Part shown: positions 47,066-56,412 of the stretch, one piece after another | Layout of the letters: each line of letters begins with the position of its first letter | How positions within the stretch are numbered: the stretch's first letter is position 1 | Source: an uncultured Chloroflexia bacterium | Lineage (GTDB): Bacteria > Chloroflexota > Limnocylindria > Limnocylindrales > CSP1-4 | Reading direction: 5' to 3' | Assembly: GCA_963819655.1 (NCBI GenBank) | Contig: CAWFXA010000003.1 | Location: 96,001-160,000 of the forward strand | DNA: 64,000 nt | Notes under the pieces: generated by a model | Databases searched by the model: none | What the model was told of the DNA's origin: nothing | What the model saw: the letters and a program-made list of their open reading frames with translations, nothing else | Position numbers and translations under genes: made by a program

Positions 47066-47773
47066 ATGACCAGACCGATCGACCTGCCGCCGAACGTCCG
47101 TCGTCTCGTCGATGAGATCGAGTCGGAGATCGGCGAGACGAGCGTCGCGATCGACGACATCACCGGATCGCGTGGTCGCGATCACGTGGGCGAGATCTCG
47201 ACCGACAACGGCCGCGTCGAGGCTGCAGTCCGGCGGATCCTCGAAGAGATCGGCGAGGACCCCGACCGCCAGGGTCTCGTCGGCACCCCCGAGCGCGTCC
47301 ACCGCATGTACACCGAGCTGACGGCCGGCTACCACGTCGATCCGGAGCGGCTGATCAACAATGCGATCTTCGATGTCGATTACAGCGAGATGGTGATCGT
47401 CAAGGACATCCCGTTCTACAGCCTCTGCGAGCACCACCTCTTGCCGTTCTTCGGGTCGGCTGCGGTCGCGTACATCCCGCGGGGCCGGGTGATCGGACTC
47501 TCGAAGATCCCGCGCATCGTCGAGATGTATGCGCGCCGGCTGCAGGTGCAGGAGCGCCTCACGCAGCAGATCGCTGAGTTCCTCCAGGACCGGCTCGCGC
47601 CGCAGGGCGTCGGCGTCGTGATCGAGGCGACTCACCTGTGTGCCGTCATGCGGGGCGTCCGCAAGCCCGGCACGATCATGACCACGTCGTCGGTGCTTGG
47701 ACTGTTCAGGACGCGCGATCGCACGCGCGCCGAATTCCTCGATCATCTCGCTCGCGCGACACCCCACGGCTGA
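47066..47773 (+). CDS. folE: GTP cyclohydrolase I
   Basis: [37 protein letters not shown]. Confidence 0.95.
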   Translation: MTRPIDLPPNVRRLVDEIESEIGETSVAIDDITGSRGRDHVGEISTDNGRVEAAVRRILEEIGEDPDRQGLVGTPERVHRMYTELTAGYHVDPERLINNAIFDVDYSEMVIVKDIPFYSLCEHHLLPFFGSAAVAYIPRGRVIGLSKIPRIVEMYARRLQVQERLTQQIAEFLQDRLAPQGVGVVIEATHLCAVMRGVRKPGTIMTTSSVLGLFRTRDRTRAEFLDHLARATPHG

Positions 47774-47790
47774 CCGCTGGACGCGTGCGG

Positions 47791-48909
47791 TCAGTCGACC
47801 TCGGTGACTGCGATCTTGCCGGCACCCCCCACGATGTCGATCAAGTAGCGGTCGGCCGCCGTGGCTGCCTCGGGAGATTCCAGGATCGTGTCGCCCGGCC
47901 CGTTCAGCCGTTGCTGGTCGAAGTCGATGCGGCCGGCGCCGCCGCGAAGCGTCAGCCGGACGGGGACGCCGGTCGGTCGCTCGACCCGGATGTTGTTCGC
48001 CCCGCGGGTCAGCCTGATGGGCACCTCGCCCGCCGGCTGGCCAAGGGTCAGCCGGAGCTGATCGACGCCGCCCGACAGCTCGAACGAGCGTAGGTCCAGC
48101 GCCGCGAACTTTCCCTGGAGCTTGCCGGCTCCGCCGACGACCTCGACGTCCCACGGGATGGCGGCGTTGAGCGACACGTCGGCGCGCCGCTCGTTCCAGC
48201 CCCACTGCCAGTTGACCGACCATGGGTGGGAGGTCTTGTTGGCCGTCCCTCCCCAGCCTTTGTACTGGATGGTCACGATCCCGTCACGCAGCCGGACTTG
48301 CGGGATCGACCCCTCGAACCGCGCGCGGTACAGGTCGTCGATGTCGGTCGCGCCGCGGACCAGGAGCTCGTGGGCGCCCGACTTGAACAGGAGGCGTGCG
48401 CGGCCCAGCCCCCCGATGGGTGCGACGTGCTCGGATCCGCCGTCGCCGGTCTCCTCAGGGCTGCTCCGCAGCGCGGTCGCCTCGTCCCGGCGGATCGCCG
48501 CCATGCGCGTCAGGAAGTCGTCGATGACGGCCAGCTCGGCTTCGGTGTAGTGATCGATCTCCGACGCACTCTTGTCGCCGACGCGTGCCATGGTCGCTGC
48601 GACCGCCGCGATGCGGTCGGGCACGAGCTCGACGATGACACGCCGCCGATCGCTCGGGTCGGGGACACGCCGCACGTAGCCGGACTGCTCCAGGCGATCG
48701 ATGACGCGCGTGACCGCGCCGGTGGTCAGGCCCGTCAGGTCGGACAGCTTGCCCGCGGTCGCCGCGCCGCTGTCGATGAGCACCTCGAGCGCCTCGATGT
48801 CGGACTCGGACAGGCCGAACCGGAGGGCCACCGTGTGGCCGAATAGCGATCCCTGGAGATTGACGCGGCGCAGGGAGCGGAGGACGGAATCGATCGAATC
48901 GCGATCCAT
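47791..48909 (-). CDS. MarR-family regulator fused to a C-terminal beta-rich (LiaF/adhesin-like) domain
   Basis: TGLTTGAVTRVIDRLE...DRRRV; C-terminus with repeated GGA-x-x-hydrophobic strands. Confidence 0.82.
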   Translation of the reverse strand: MDRDSIDSVLRSLRRVNLQGSLFGHTVALRFGLSESDIEALEVLIDSGAATAGKLSDLTGLTTGAVTRVIDRLEQSGYVRRVPDPSDRRRVIVELVPDRIAAVAATMARVGDKSASEIDHYTEAELAVIDDFLTRMAAIRRDEATALRSSPEETGDGGSEHVAPIGGLGRARLLFKSGAHELLVRGATDIDDLYRARFEGSIPQVRLRDGIVTIQYKGWGGTANKTSHPWSVNWQWGWNERRADVSLNAAIPWDVEVVGGAGKLQGKFAALDLRSFELSGGVDQLRLTLGQPAGEVPIRLTRGANNIRVERPTGVPVRLTLRGGAGRIDFDQQRLNGPGDTILESPEAATAADRYLIDIVGGAGKIAVTEVD

Positions 48910-48938
48910 GGTTGACAACATCTCCTCGCTTGGGTGAC

Positions 48939-48998
48939 TATCTGCACGGTGCAGATATTGCCCGAAGATGCTGAACGGCGCAACTGTCTGCGAGACAG
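48939..48998. promoter_or_regulatory. Probable MarR operators: TATCTGCAC-G-GTGCAGATA (48939-48957) and CTGTCT-GCG-AGACAG (48984-48998)
   Basis: Perfect inverted repeats between the divergent marR and ABC exporter. Confidence 0.7.
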
Positions 48999-49026
48999 CA
49001 TACGCCGCGAGCGAGGAGAGCGAACG

Positions 49027-50013
49027 ATGGCCCAGTCCCGTCCGACCAGTGGCACGATGATCGCCACCAACGACCTGGTACGAACCTTTCGCAGCCGCAA
49101 GAGCGTGGTCGAGGCCGTCCGCGGCGTCGATCTCGAGGTCGGCGTCGGCGAGATCTTCGGCTTCCTCGGCCCCAATGGGGCAGGCAAGACCACGACCCTC
49201 CGGATGCTCGCCACCCTGCTTTCGCCGACCTCCGGCGAGGCGGTGATCGCGGGCGCCGACCTGCGCCGCGAGCCGCAGGCGGTCCGCGAGCGGATCGGCT
49301 ACGTCCCACAGGGCGGCTCGACCGACCCGGCCGAGACCGGCCGTGGCGAGCTCGTCATCCAGGGTCGCCTCTACGGCATGGACAAGACGAGCGCGCAACG
49401 ACGCGCCGACGAGATCCTGGCGACGCTCGACCTGGAGGCCGCAGCCGACCGGGCGATCGCCACGTACTCGGGCGGCATGAAGCGCCGGCTCGACGTCGGC
49501 CTGGGCATCGTCCATCGGCCGTCGGTCCTGTTCCTCGACGAGCCGACCACCGGCCTCGACCCCCAGGCGCGAGCCCGGATGTGGGTCGAGATCCGGGGCC
49601 TGCGCGACGCCGGCACCACCGTGTTCCTCACGACTCACTACCTCGAGGAGGCCGACGCCCTGGCCGACCGGCTGGCGATCATCGACCATGGTCTGATCGT
49701 CGCCGAGGGCACCGCCGACGAGCTGAAGCGCGAGATCTCCGGCGACGTCATCACGATCGGCGTGGACGGTGCCGTCGAGCACGTCCTCGAGGCGGTTCGC
49801 GCCCAGCCGTTCGTCCGCGAGGCGAGCGCCGACCAGGAGCTCGTCCGCCTCTACGTCGATCAGGGCGACGTGGCAGTCCCGAACCTGATCCGCGTGCTCG
49901 ACGGTGCCGGGCTGCGCGCCCGGTCGCTCACTCTCGCCCGCCCCAGCCTCGACGACGTGTTCCTCCGCCAGACCGGCCGGTCGCTCCGCGAGGAGCCGGC
50001 TTCAGCCGCTTGA
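49027..50013 (+). CDS. DrrA-like ABC exporter ATPase
   Basis: GPNGAGKTT, YSGGMKRRLD, DEPTTGLD; GAGGAG RBS. Confidence 0.93.
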   Translation: MAQSRPTSGTMIATNDLVRTFRSRKSVVEAVRGVDLEVGVGEIFGFLGPNGAGKTTTLRMLATLLSPTSGEAVIAGADLRREPQAVRERIGYVPQGGSTDPAETGRGELVIQGRLYGMDKTSAQRRADEILATLDLEAAADRAIATYSGGMKRRLDVGLGIVHRPSVLFLDEPTTGLDPQARARMWVEIRGLRDAGTTVFLTTHYLEEADALADRLAIIDHGLIVAEGTADELKREISGDVITIGVDGAVEHVLEAVRAQPFVREASADQELVRLYVDQGDVAVPNLIRVLDGAGLRARSLTLARPSLDDVFLRQTGRSLREEPASAA

Positions 50014-50050
50014 GGCGGCCCGAGGCCACCACCATCGAAGGAGATCCCAC

Positions 50051-50809
50051 GTGAAGACTCTGCGCGATACCTGGCTCATGTACCGACGCTCACTCATCCT
50101 GACCCTGCGCCAGCCGGTGTGGGTCGCCATGGGCCTCTTCCAGCCCATCCTCTATCTGGTCCTGTTCGCCCCGCTGCTCGAGGGCGCGACATCTGCAGCG
50201 GGTGCCTCCGCCAGTGCTTTCAACTGGTTCATCCCGGGCCTGCTCATCCTGACGGCATTCTTCGCCGCGGCCTTCGCGGGCTTCGGTCTGGTCGCCGAGA
50301 TCCGCTACGGCGTCGTCGAGCGGATGCGGGTGACCCCGATGAGCCGCTTCGCGATGCTGGCCGGTCGGTCGCTGCGGGACGTGACGATCCTGCTCGCCCA
50401 GTCGACGCTGCTGATCCTGGTCGCCATCCCGTTCGGCCTGAAGATCGATGTCGTCGGAGCTGCCCTGACGCTCGGCATCGTCGCCCTGGTCGGTCTGACC
50501 TTCTCGCTCCTTTCGTACACCCTCGGGCTCGTTACCAAGAGCGAAGAAGCGCTGGCCCCCATCGCGCAAGCCGTCTCCCTGCCGCTGCTGCTGCTGTCCG
50601 GGATCATGCTGCCCATGGCGCTGGCGCCGGACTGGCTGCAGACCCTCTCGACGTTGAATCCGCTGACCCATGCGGTCGATGCGGCGCGGGCCCTGTTCAA
50701 CGGCCTGTGGGGGGACCCGCAGATCGTGGTCGGCGCGGTCGTCATGGGGACGCTGGCGGTGATCTCACTGGTGGTCGCCTCGCGGGCGTTCGCGCGAACG
50801 ACCGCCTGA
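50051..50809 (+). CDS. DrrB-like ABC-2 permease
   Basis: GTG with AAGGAG RBS; [23 protein letters not shown]. Confidence 0.92.
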   Translation: MKTLRDTWLMYRRSLILTLRQPVWVAMGLFQPILYLVLFAPLLEGATSAAGASASAFNWFIPGLLILTAFFAAAFAGFGLVAEIRYGVVERMRVTPMSRFAMLAGRSLRDVTILLAQSTLLILVAIPFGLKIDVVGAALTLGIVALVGLTFSLLSYTLGLVTKSEEALAPIAQAVSLPLLLLSGIMLPMALAPDWLQTLSTLNPLTHAVDAARALFNGLWGDPQIVVGAVVMGTLAVISLVVASRAFARTTA

Positions 50810-50873
50810 CGGCGCGCCCGACGGATATCCCTCCGATGGGCCGGCGGGTCGTGGCGGTGACTACAATCCGCCC

Positions 50874-51278
50874 ATGCCCGACCGGCCCATCAAGGTTCTG
50901 ATCGCCAAGCCAGGTCTCGACGGCCACGATCGCGGCGCCAAGGTCCTCGCCCGCGGCCTCCGCGACGAGGGGTTCGAGGTCGTCTACACCGGCCTCCGCC
51001 AGACACCCGAGATGGTCGCGACGGCCGCGCTCCAGGAGGATGTCGACGTCGTCGGCCTGTCGATCCTGTCCGGCGCGCACATGACGCTCGTGCCGCGCAT
51101 CACGAAGCTGCTCAAGGAATCCGGTCTGGAGGACGTTCTCGTGACCGTCGGCGGCATCATCCCGGACGTCGACGTGCAGCCACTGCGCGACGCCGGCGTG
51201 GCCGCGGTCTTCGGTCCTGGAACGACCATCGCGGCCGTCGCCGAGTTCCTGCGCGCGAACGCGCGACCGCGCGACTAG
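50874..51278 (+). CDS. Cobalamin-binding small subunit of acyl-CoA mutase
   Basis: [26 protein letters not shown]. Confidence 0.93.
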   Translation: MPDRPIKVLIAKPGLDGHDRGAKVLARGLRDEGFEVVYTGLRQTPEMVATAALQEDVDVVGLSILSGAHMTLVPRITKLLKESGLEDVLVTVGGIIPDVDVQPLRDAGVAAVFGPGTTIAAVAEFLRANARPRD

Positions 51279-51279
51279 G

Positions 51280-52281
51280 GTGGGGGAGTCCCCGACTCCC
51301 CCGGCCGCGGTCGGGGCCGACGAGCTGGCTGACGCCGCCATGGGTGGCGATCGCCGGGCCTTGGCGCGCCTGCTGACCGCGGTCGAAAACCGCTCGCCGC
51401 TCGCCGAGGGTGCCCTGCGACGGATGTACCCGCGCGCCGGGCGGGCCCACCTCGTCGGCATCACCGGGCCACCGGGGTCGGGCAAGTCGACCCTGGTCGC
51501 CGCGCTCATCGGGGAGGTGCGGGCCGCCGGTCGCGCCGTGGCGGTCGTGGCCGTGGACCCCTCGTCGCCGATCACCGGTGGCGCCCTGCTCGGTGATCGT
51601 GTACGCATGCAGGCCTACGCCGGCGATCCGGACGTGTTCATCCGCTCGATGGCCGCCCGTGGGCATGCTGGCGGACTTGCCTCGACGACGACCGCGGCGG
51701 CAGCCGTGCTCGACGCGTCGGGCTTCGACCTCGTGCTGATCGAGACCGTCGGGACCGGCCAGAGCGAGGTCGAGGTCGCGGCCGCCGCCGATACGACGGT
51801 CGTCCTCGAGGCGCCCGAGATGGGCGACGAGGTGCAGGCGATCAAGGCCGGCTTGCTCGAGGTGGCCGATCTCGTCGTCGTGAACAAAGGCGACAAGCCG
51901 GGCGCGCTGCGGACCGCTTCGCAGCTCCGGGCGATGCTCGTCCCGACCGTCGGGCGCGGCGACCCGTCCGATCGCCCGGCGCCGAAGCGACCGGAGGTGC
52001 TGGTCACGACCGCGTCGACGGGTGACGGCGTGCCTGAGCTCCTCGCCGCGCTCGATAAGCATCGCTCGAGCGACCGCGAAAGCCTGACGGCCGAGGCTCG
52101 CCGGGCGAGGGCGCTCGCTCAGATCCGCGGCGTCCTCGCCGAGCGCCTCTCGGACCAGCTGCGCGAGCCCGAGCTGGCGCCGCTCGCCGCGTCGCTCGTC
52201 GACGAGGTCGCCGAGCACCGGATGGATCCGTACGCCGCCGCCGATCAGTTGCTGAAGGCCATCGCCAGGGACCACCGTTGA
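51280..52281 (+). CDS. meaB: Mutase-associated GTPase MeaB
   Basis: GPPGSGKST, DPSSPITGGALLGDRVRM, ETVGTGQSE, NKGD. Confidence 0.93.
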   Translation: MGESPTPPAAVGADELADAAMGGDRRALARLLTAVENRSPLAEGALRRMYPRAGRAHLVGITGPPGSGKSTLVAALIGEVRAAGRAVAVVAVDPSSPITGGALLGDRVRMQAYAGDPDVFIRSMAARGHAGGLASTTTAAAAVLDASGFDLVLIETVGTGQSEVEVAAAADTTVVLEAPEMGDEVQAIKAGLLEVADLVVVNKGDKPGALRTASQLRAMLVPTVGRGDPSDRPAPKRPEVLVTTASTGDGVPELLAALDKHRSSDRESLTAEARRARALAQIRGVLAERLSDQLREPELAPLAASLVDEVAEHRMDPYAAADQLLKAIARDHR

Positions 52282-53471
52282 GCGCCGAGCCCGAGCCCAA
52301 ACCGCTCATCACCCGCTCGTTCGTCATCCTAGGTGCCACCTCACTCGTCTTCTTCGTTGCCGGCGGGGTGGTGTTGCCGATCGTCGCGCAATTCGCGACC
52401 GGGCCGCTCCAGACCGATGCGTTCGGGGCCGGGATCGCCTATGGCGCATTCGCGGTCGGCGCGCTGATCCTCCGGCCGGCAGTCGGCTGGGCCGCGGATC
52501 GATTCGGCCGACGTCCGTTGCTCCTGGCCGGTGCGCTCATGTCCGTCGGAGCGCTCGCGTTCCACCTGGTCGTCGACTCGCTTCTGCTGTTCATCGTGGC
52601 GCGGGCGCTCCTCGGCGTCGCCGAGGCCTTCTTCTTCGTGGCAGTGTTCGCCGCAGGTGCCGATCTCGCGCCGGACACGCGCCGCGGCGAGGCCCTGAAC
52701 TTCCTGTCGCTGTCGCTGTACGTCGGACTCGGGATCGGGCCGGCGATCGGCGAGCTCGTCCTGCGGGCCGGAGGGTTCGCGATGGTGTGGATCGTCGCCC
52801 TCTTGCTGACGGCTATCGCGGCGGGCCTCGCGACGCTCGTCCCGGAGACCTCGCCGACCGTGCTCAAGCGCCCGCCCGGTGGTGCTCCGCGATCCCGACT
52901 CATCCACCCAGCGGCTATCTTCCCGGGCATCCTGATCCTCGCCGGCACGACCGGGATGGCCGGATTCCTGGCATTCCTTCCGCTGCACGCTGCGGCCGTC
53001 GGGATGGATGGCGCCGGCTTGCCGCTCGCCATCTATGCCGGACTCGTCATCGGCCTCCGCATCGTGTTCGCCAAGTTGCCCGATCAGGTCGGGCCGGCTC
53101 GCGTCTCGGGTGGAGCGCTGGCCGTCGGAGCGGTCGGGCTGGCGATCCTCGGCCTGTTCCCGAGTCCCACAGGCGTGTTGATCGGCAGCGTGGCCTTCGC
53201 CTCTGGCGTCGCGTTCCTCATGCCCGGGCTCCTGACCCTGGCGGTCTCGCGCGTGTCTGAGATGGAACGAGGGTCCGTCATGGGGACCGCTAGTGCGTTC
53301 CTCGACGTCGCCTTCGGCATCGCGCCGGCGGTCCTCGGCGTGGTCGCCGCCAGTGTCGGATTCGGCGGCGTGTTCTTCGTCGGCGCGGCCGCGTCGGCGT
53401 TCGGGTTCGTGCTCCTGCTGGCCTGGACTGCCCGGTCCCGGGAGAGCCGCGTCGCTAGGCTAGGCACATGA
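52278..53471 (+). CDS. MFS transporter
   Basis: GWAADRFGRR motif A, about 12 TM helices. Confidence 0.9.
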   Translation: MSAEPEPKPLITRSFVILGATSLVFFVAGGVVLPIVAQFATGPLQTDAFGAGIAYGAFAVGALILRPAVGWAADRFGRRPLLLAGALMSVGALAFHLVVDSLLLFIVARALLGVAEAFFFVAVFAAGADLAPDTRRGEALNFLSLSLYVGLGIGPAIGELVLRAGGFAMVWIVALLLTAIAAGLATLVPETSPTVLKRPPGGAPRSRLIHPAAIFPGILILAGTTGMAGFLAFLPLHAAAVGMDGAGLPLAIYAGLVIGLRIVFAKLPDQVGPARVSGGALAVGAVGLAILGLFPSPTGVLIGSVAFASGVAFLMPGLLTLAVSRVSEMERGSVMGTASAFLDVAFGIAPAVLGVVAASVGFGGVFFVGAAASAFGFVLLLAWTARSRESRVARLGT

Positions 53472-54340
53472 CCGCGATCTCCAAGGTCTTCGTCGCGGGC
53501 GGCGGGCTGATGGGCCATGGCATCGCGCAGGTCCACGCCGCGATCGGCAAGCACGTCACGCTGTACGAGCCCGAGATCGCGCGCGCCACGGCGGGCCGCG
53601 AGCGGATCGCCGGCAATCTCCAGCGGGCGGTCGACAAGGGTCGGCTGGAGGCTGCCGACCGCGACGCCACGCTGGCCCGGATCGAGCCGACCGACGACGT
53701 CTCGGGTGTCGCGGCCGCCGACCTCGTCATCGAGGCCGTATTCGAGGATCTCGGCGTCAAGGCGGCGCTGTGGCGCGAGCTCGATGGGCTGGCGTCGCCA
53801 GCCGCCATCTTCGCCTCGAACACGAGCTCGATCGCCATCCGCCGGCTGGCCGAGTCGGTGTCGGGCGAGCGTCGACCGCGCTTCGTCGGGATGCATTTCT
53901 TCAGCCCGGTGCCGGTCATGCCGTTGGTCGAGCTCATCCGGTCTGGCGACACGTCGGCCGAGACCGTCGAAGCGATCCGGGAGCTGTCGGGCGAGCTCGG
54001 CAAGCAGGTCATCGTGTCGGCCGACCGGCCGGGCTTCATCGTGAATCGCATCCTGATGCCGTTCCTGGCCGAGTCGATGCGGGCGCTCGAGCAGGGCGTC
54101 GGCACGGCCGAGGACATCGATACGGGTGCGCGGATCGGCCTGAACCACCCGATGGGGCCGCTCGAGCTGGCCGATTTCATCGGACTCGACGTGTGTCTCG
54201 GGATCATGCGCGTCCTCGAGGACGGGCTGGGGCTGGAGCACCTCCGGCCACCGGGCATCCTGGTCGAGCTGGTCAACGCCGGTCACCTCGGGCAGAAGAC
54301 GGGGCGCGGCTTCTACACGTATCCGCGCGAGCGATCATGA
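53468..54340 (+). CDS. hbd: 3-hydroxybutyryl-CoA dehydrogenase
   Basis: GGGLMGHGIAQ, ASNTSS, GMHFF, PGFIVNR, HPMGPL. Confidence 0.9.
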   Translation: MTAISKVFVAGGGLMGHGIAQVHAAIGKHVTLYEPEIARATAGRERIAGNLQRAVDKGRLEAADRDATLARIEPTDDVSGVAAADLVIEAVFEDLGVKAALWRELDGLASPAAIFASNTSSIAIRRLAESVSGERRPRFVGMHFFSPVPVMPLVELIRSGDTSAETVEAIRELSGELGKQVIVSADRPGFIVNRILMPFLAESMRALEQGVGTAEDIDTGARIGLNHPMGPLELADFIGLDVCLGIMRVLEDGLGLEHLRPPGILVELVNAGHLGQKTGRGFYTYPRERS

Positions 54341-55503
54341 CTGCGACCGTCGTGCCCGCGCTCAGCGACGAGGAGCGGCTGCTCCAGTCGACGGCTCGCG
54401 AGTTCGCCGTTCGTGAGGTCGCGCCCGGGGCGATCGAGCGCGACGGGGCGGAGCGCTACGACCGGGCGCTGTTTACAGCGATGGGCACGCTCGGGCTGAC
54501 CGCGGCGCCGTTCCCGACAGACGTCGGCGGTGCCGGGTTCTCGTATCGCGCCTGGACGCTGGTCATGGAGGAGATGGGGGCGGCCGACATGTCGATGGCG
54601 GTGTCGCTGTCGGTGCACATCCTGTCGCAGTACCCGGTCGTGACCTGGGGCACCGACGAGCAGAAGGACCGGTGGCTGCCGGCGATGCAGTCGGGCGAGG
54701 CGCTCGGCGCGTTCGCCTTGACCGAGCCGCATGCCGGGTCGGACGCGTCGGCGATCCGGACGCGGGCGGAACGGACCGATGATGGCGGCTATCGGCTGAC
54801 CGGTACCAAGATCTGGATCTCCAACGCACCGGAGGCGGAGCGCTATCTGGTGTTCGCGACCGTCGACCCGGAGGCCGGCTCCGGTGGGATCACCGCGTTC
54901 CTGGTCGAGAAAGGGATGACCGGGTTTCGGTTCGGGGCGCACGAGCGGAAGATGGGGATCCGGGCGTGTCCGGCGGCCGAGCTCGTGTTCGAGGGCTGCG
55001 ACGTGCCGGCTGGGAACCGGCTCGGCGACGAAGGCGACGGCTACCGGATCGCGCTGTCGGCGCTTGGCGAGGGGCGGATCTCGATCGCGGCGGCGTGCGT
55101 GGGGCTGGCCCGTTCTGGGCTCGAGGCGGCGGCGCGGTACCTCGGAGAGCGGAAGGCCTTCGGCGGGCCGCTTGCCGAGCAGCAGGGGCTGCGCTTCATG
55201 CTGGCGGAGATGGCCCGGGACGTGGCGGGGGCGCGGGCACTCACCCGGGAAGCCGCCGCGGCCAAGGATCGCGGCGAGCCGCTCGCCGAGGTGTCGTCGC
55301 TGGCCAAATGGACCGCCTCCGATGTCGCGATGCGCGTCGCGACCGATGCGGTCCAGCTGTTCGGTGCCAGTGGGTACTCGCGCGAGACCGGCATCGAGCG
55401 CTTGATGCGCGACGCCAAGGGTGCCCAGATATACGAGGGCACGAACCAGATCCACCGCGAGATCGTGGCGGCCGAGGTGTTGAAACGAGCCGGGGTCGGC
55501 TGA
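54337..55503 (+). CDS. Acyl-CoA dehydrogenase (short/branched chain)
   Basis: FALTEPHAGSD, GTKIWISN, QLFGASGY, IYEGTNQI. Confidence 0.92.
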   Translation: MTATVVPALSDEERLLQSTAREFAVREVAPGAIERDGAERYDRALFTAMGTLGLTAAPFPTDVGGAGFSYRAWTLVMEEMGAADMSMAVSLSVHILSQYPVVTWGTDEQKDRWLPAMQSGEALGAFALTEPHAGSDASAIRTRAERTDDGGYRLTGTKIWISNAPEAERYLVFATVDPEAGSGGITAFLVEKGMTGFRFGAHERKMGIRACPAAELVFEGCDVPAGNRLGDEGDGYRIALSALGEGRISIAAACVGLARSGLEAAARYLGERKAFGGPLAEQQGLRFMLAEMARDVAGARALTREAAAAKDRGEPLAEVSSLAKWTASDVAMRVATDAVQLFGASGYSRETGIERLMRDAKGAQIYEGTNQIHREIVAAEVLKRAGVG

Positions 55504-55615
55504 GTCGCAGCCGTCAGCCGGCCCCGAGCGCGCCGAGCCGCCACCGTTGTGCCTTATCGCCACCACATGACGCTTCGGCACGATATCGACCGCCGAATGA
55601 GTCCGATCCCGGGAC

Positions 55616-56347
55616 CTACATGCGTGGTCGCGGGGCCGCGACACGCTTGACCGGCGCGACACTGCGCCCAAGCGTCAAGACATGACGTTTTGGCAGGAAA
55701 CCAAGGGCGTCGACCCGCTCGAGCGGATCGCGCAGCCAGCGCTGCACACTCCGACCGTCGATCGGGAACTTGCGCCGGAGGACCGTCCCGTGCGCGGCGA
55801 CGGCCCGGCGGTTCGTTCGGCTGTCCGCGATGACGACCCAGGTGCTGACTGCGATGGGGTCCCAGCCCAGCCCGCGAGCGATGTTGCCCGCAAGGCGACG
55901 ACGCTGATCCATCTTTCCGAGCAACAGCCCGACCTCCACGACCTCGGTCTTGAGCTCGACGACGAGGAGCATCCGCCGGCCCGGGTGCCAGGCAAGGATG
56001 TCGATGATGCCGCGCTCACCGTGGATCGAGAACGACACCTCGGGTTCGATCACCCAGCCTTCGGTCGACGCAAAGAGCCCGGCGACAGCCTCGTGCATAG
56101 CGGCATGGCGTGCGTCGAGCAGTCGCGGAAGGTCCGCGCCATCCCACCGCACGAACACCTCGAGGCGCGCGCCGAGCGTGCTCGCCACCCGTCGGAGCTT
56201 GCCGAGCGGCACGGATGCGGCGCCGCCCCGTTCGATGCGGCCGATCACGGGCGGCGACACCCGAGCGCGCCGAGCGAGATCTACCTGCCGCCATCCCTTC
56301 CGGGTCCGGATCGCGCGGAGCGCGGCACCGATCCGCTGATCTTCCAT
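55616..56347 (-). CDS. XRE-HTH + PD-(D/E)XK nuclease-like protein
   Basis: RTRKGWRQVDLARRARVS...IGRIERG HTH; PEVSF...GIIDILAW...LVVELKT nuclease motif. Confidence 0.8.
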   Translation of the reverse strand: MEDQRIGAALRAIRTRKGWRQVDLARRARVSPPVIGRIERGGAASVPLGKLRRVASTLGARLEVFVRWDGADLPRLLDARHAAMHEAVAGLFASTEGWVIEPEVSFSIHGERGIIDILAWHPGRRMLLVVELKTEVVEVGLLLGKMDQRRRLAGNIARGLGWDPIAVSTWVVIADSRTNRRAVAAHGTVLRRKFPIDGRSVQRWLRDPLERVDALGFLPKRHVLTLGRSVAPVKRVAAPRPRM

Positions 56348-56412
56348 CCAGGCAGGATGGAGACACGCCCTTATCTGCGGCTTATCACAGGGCTCCGGCG
56401 TAGAATCGGGCC

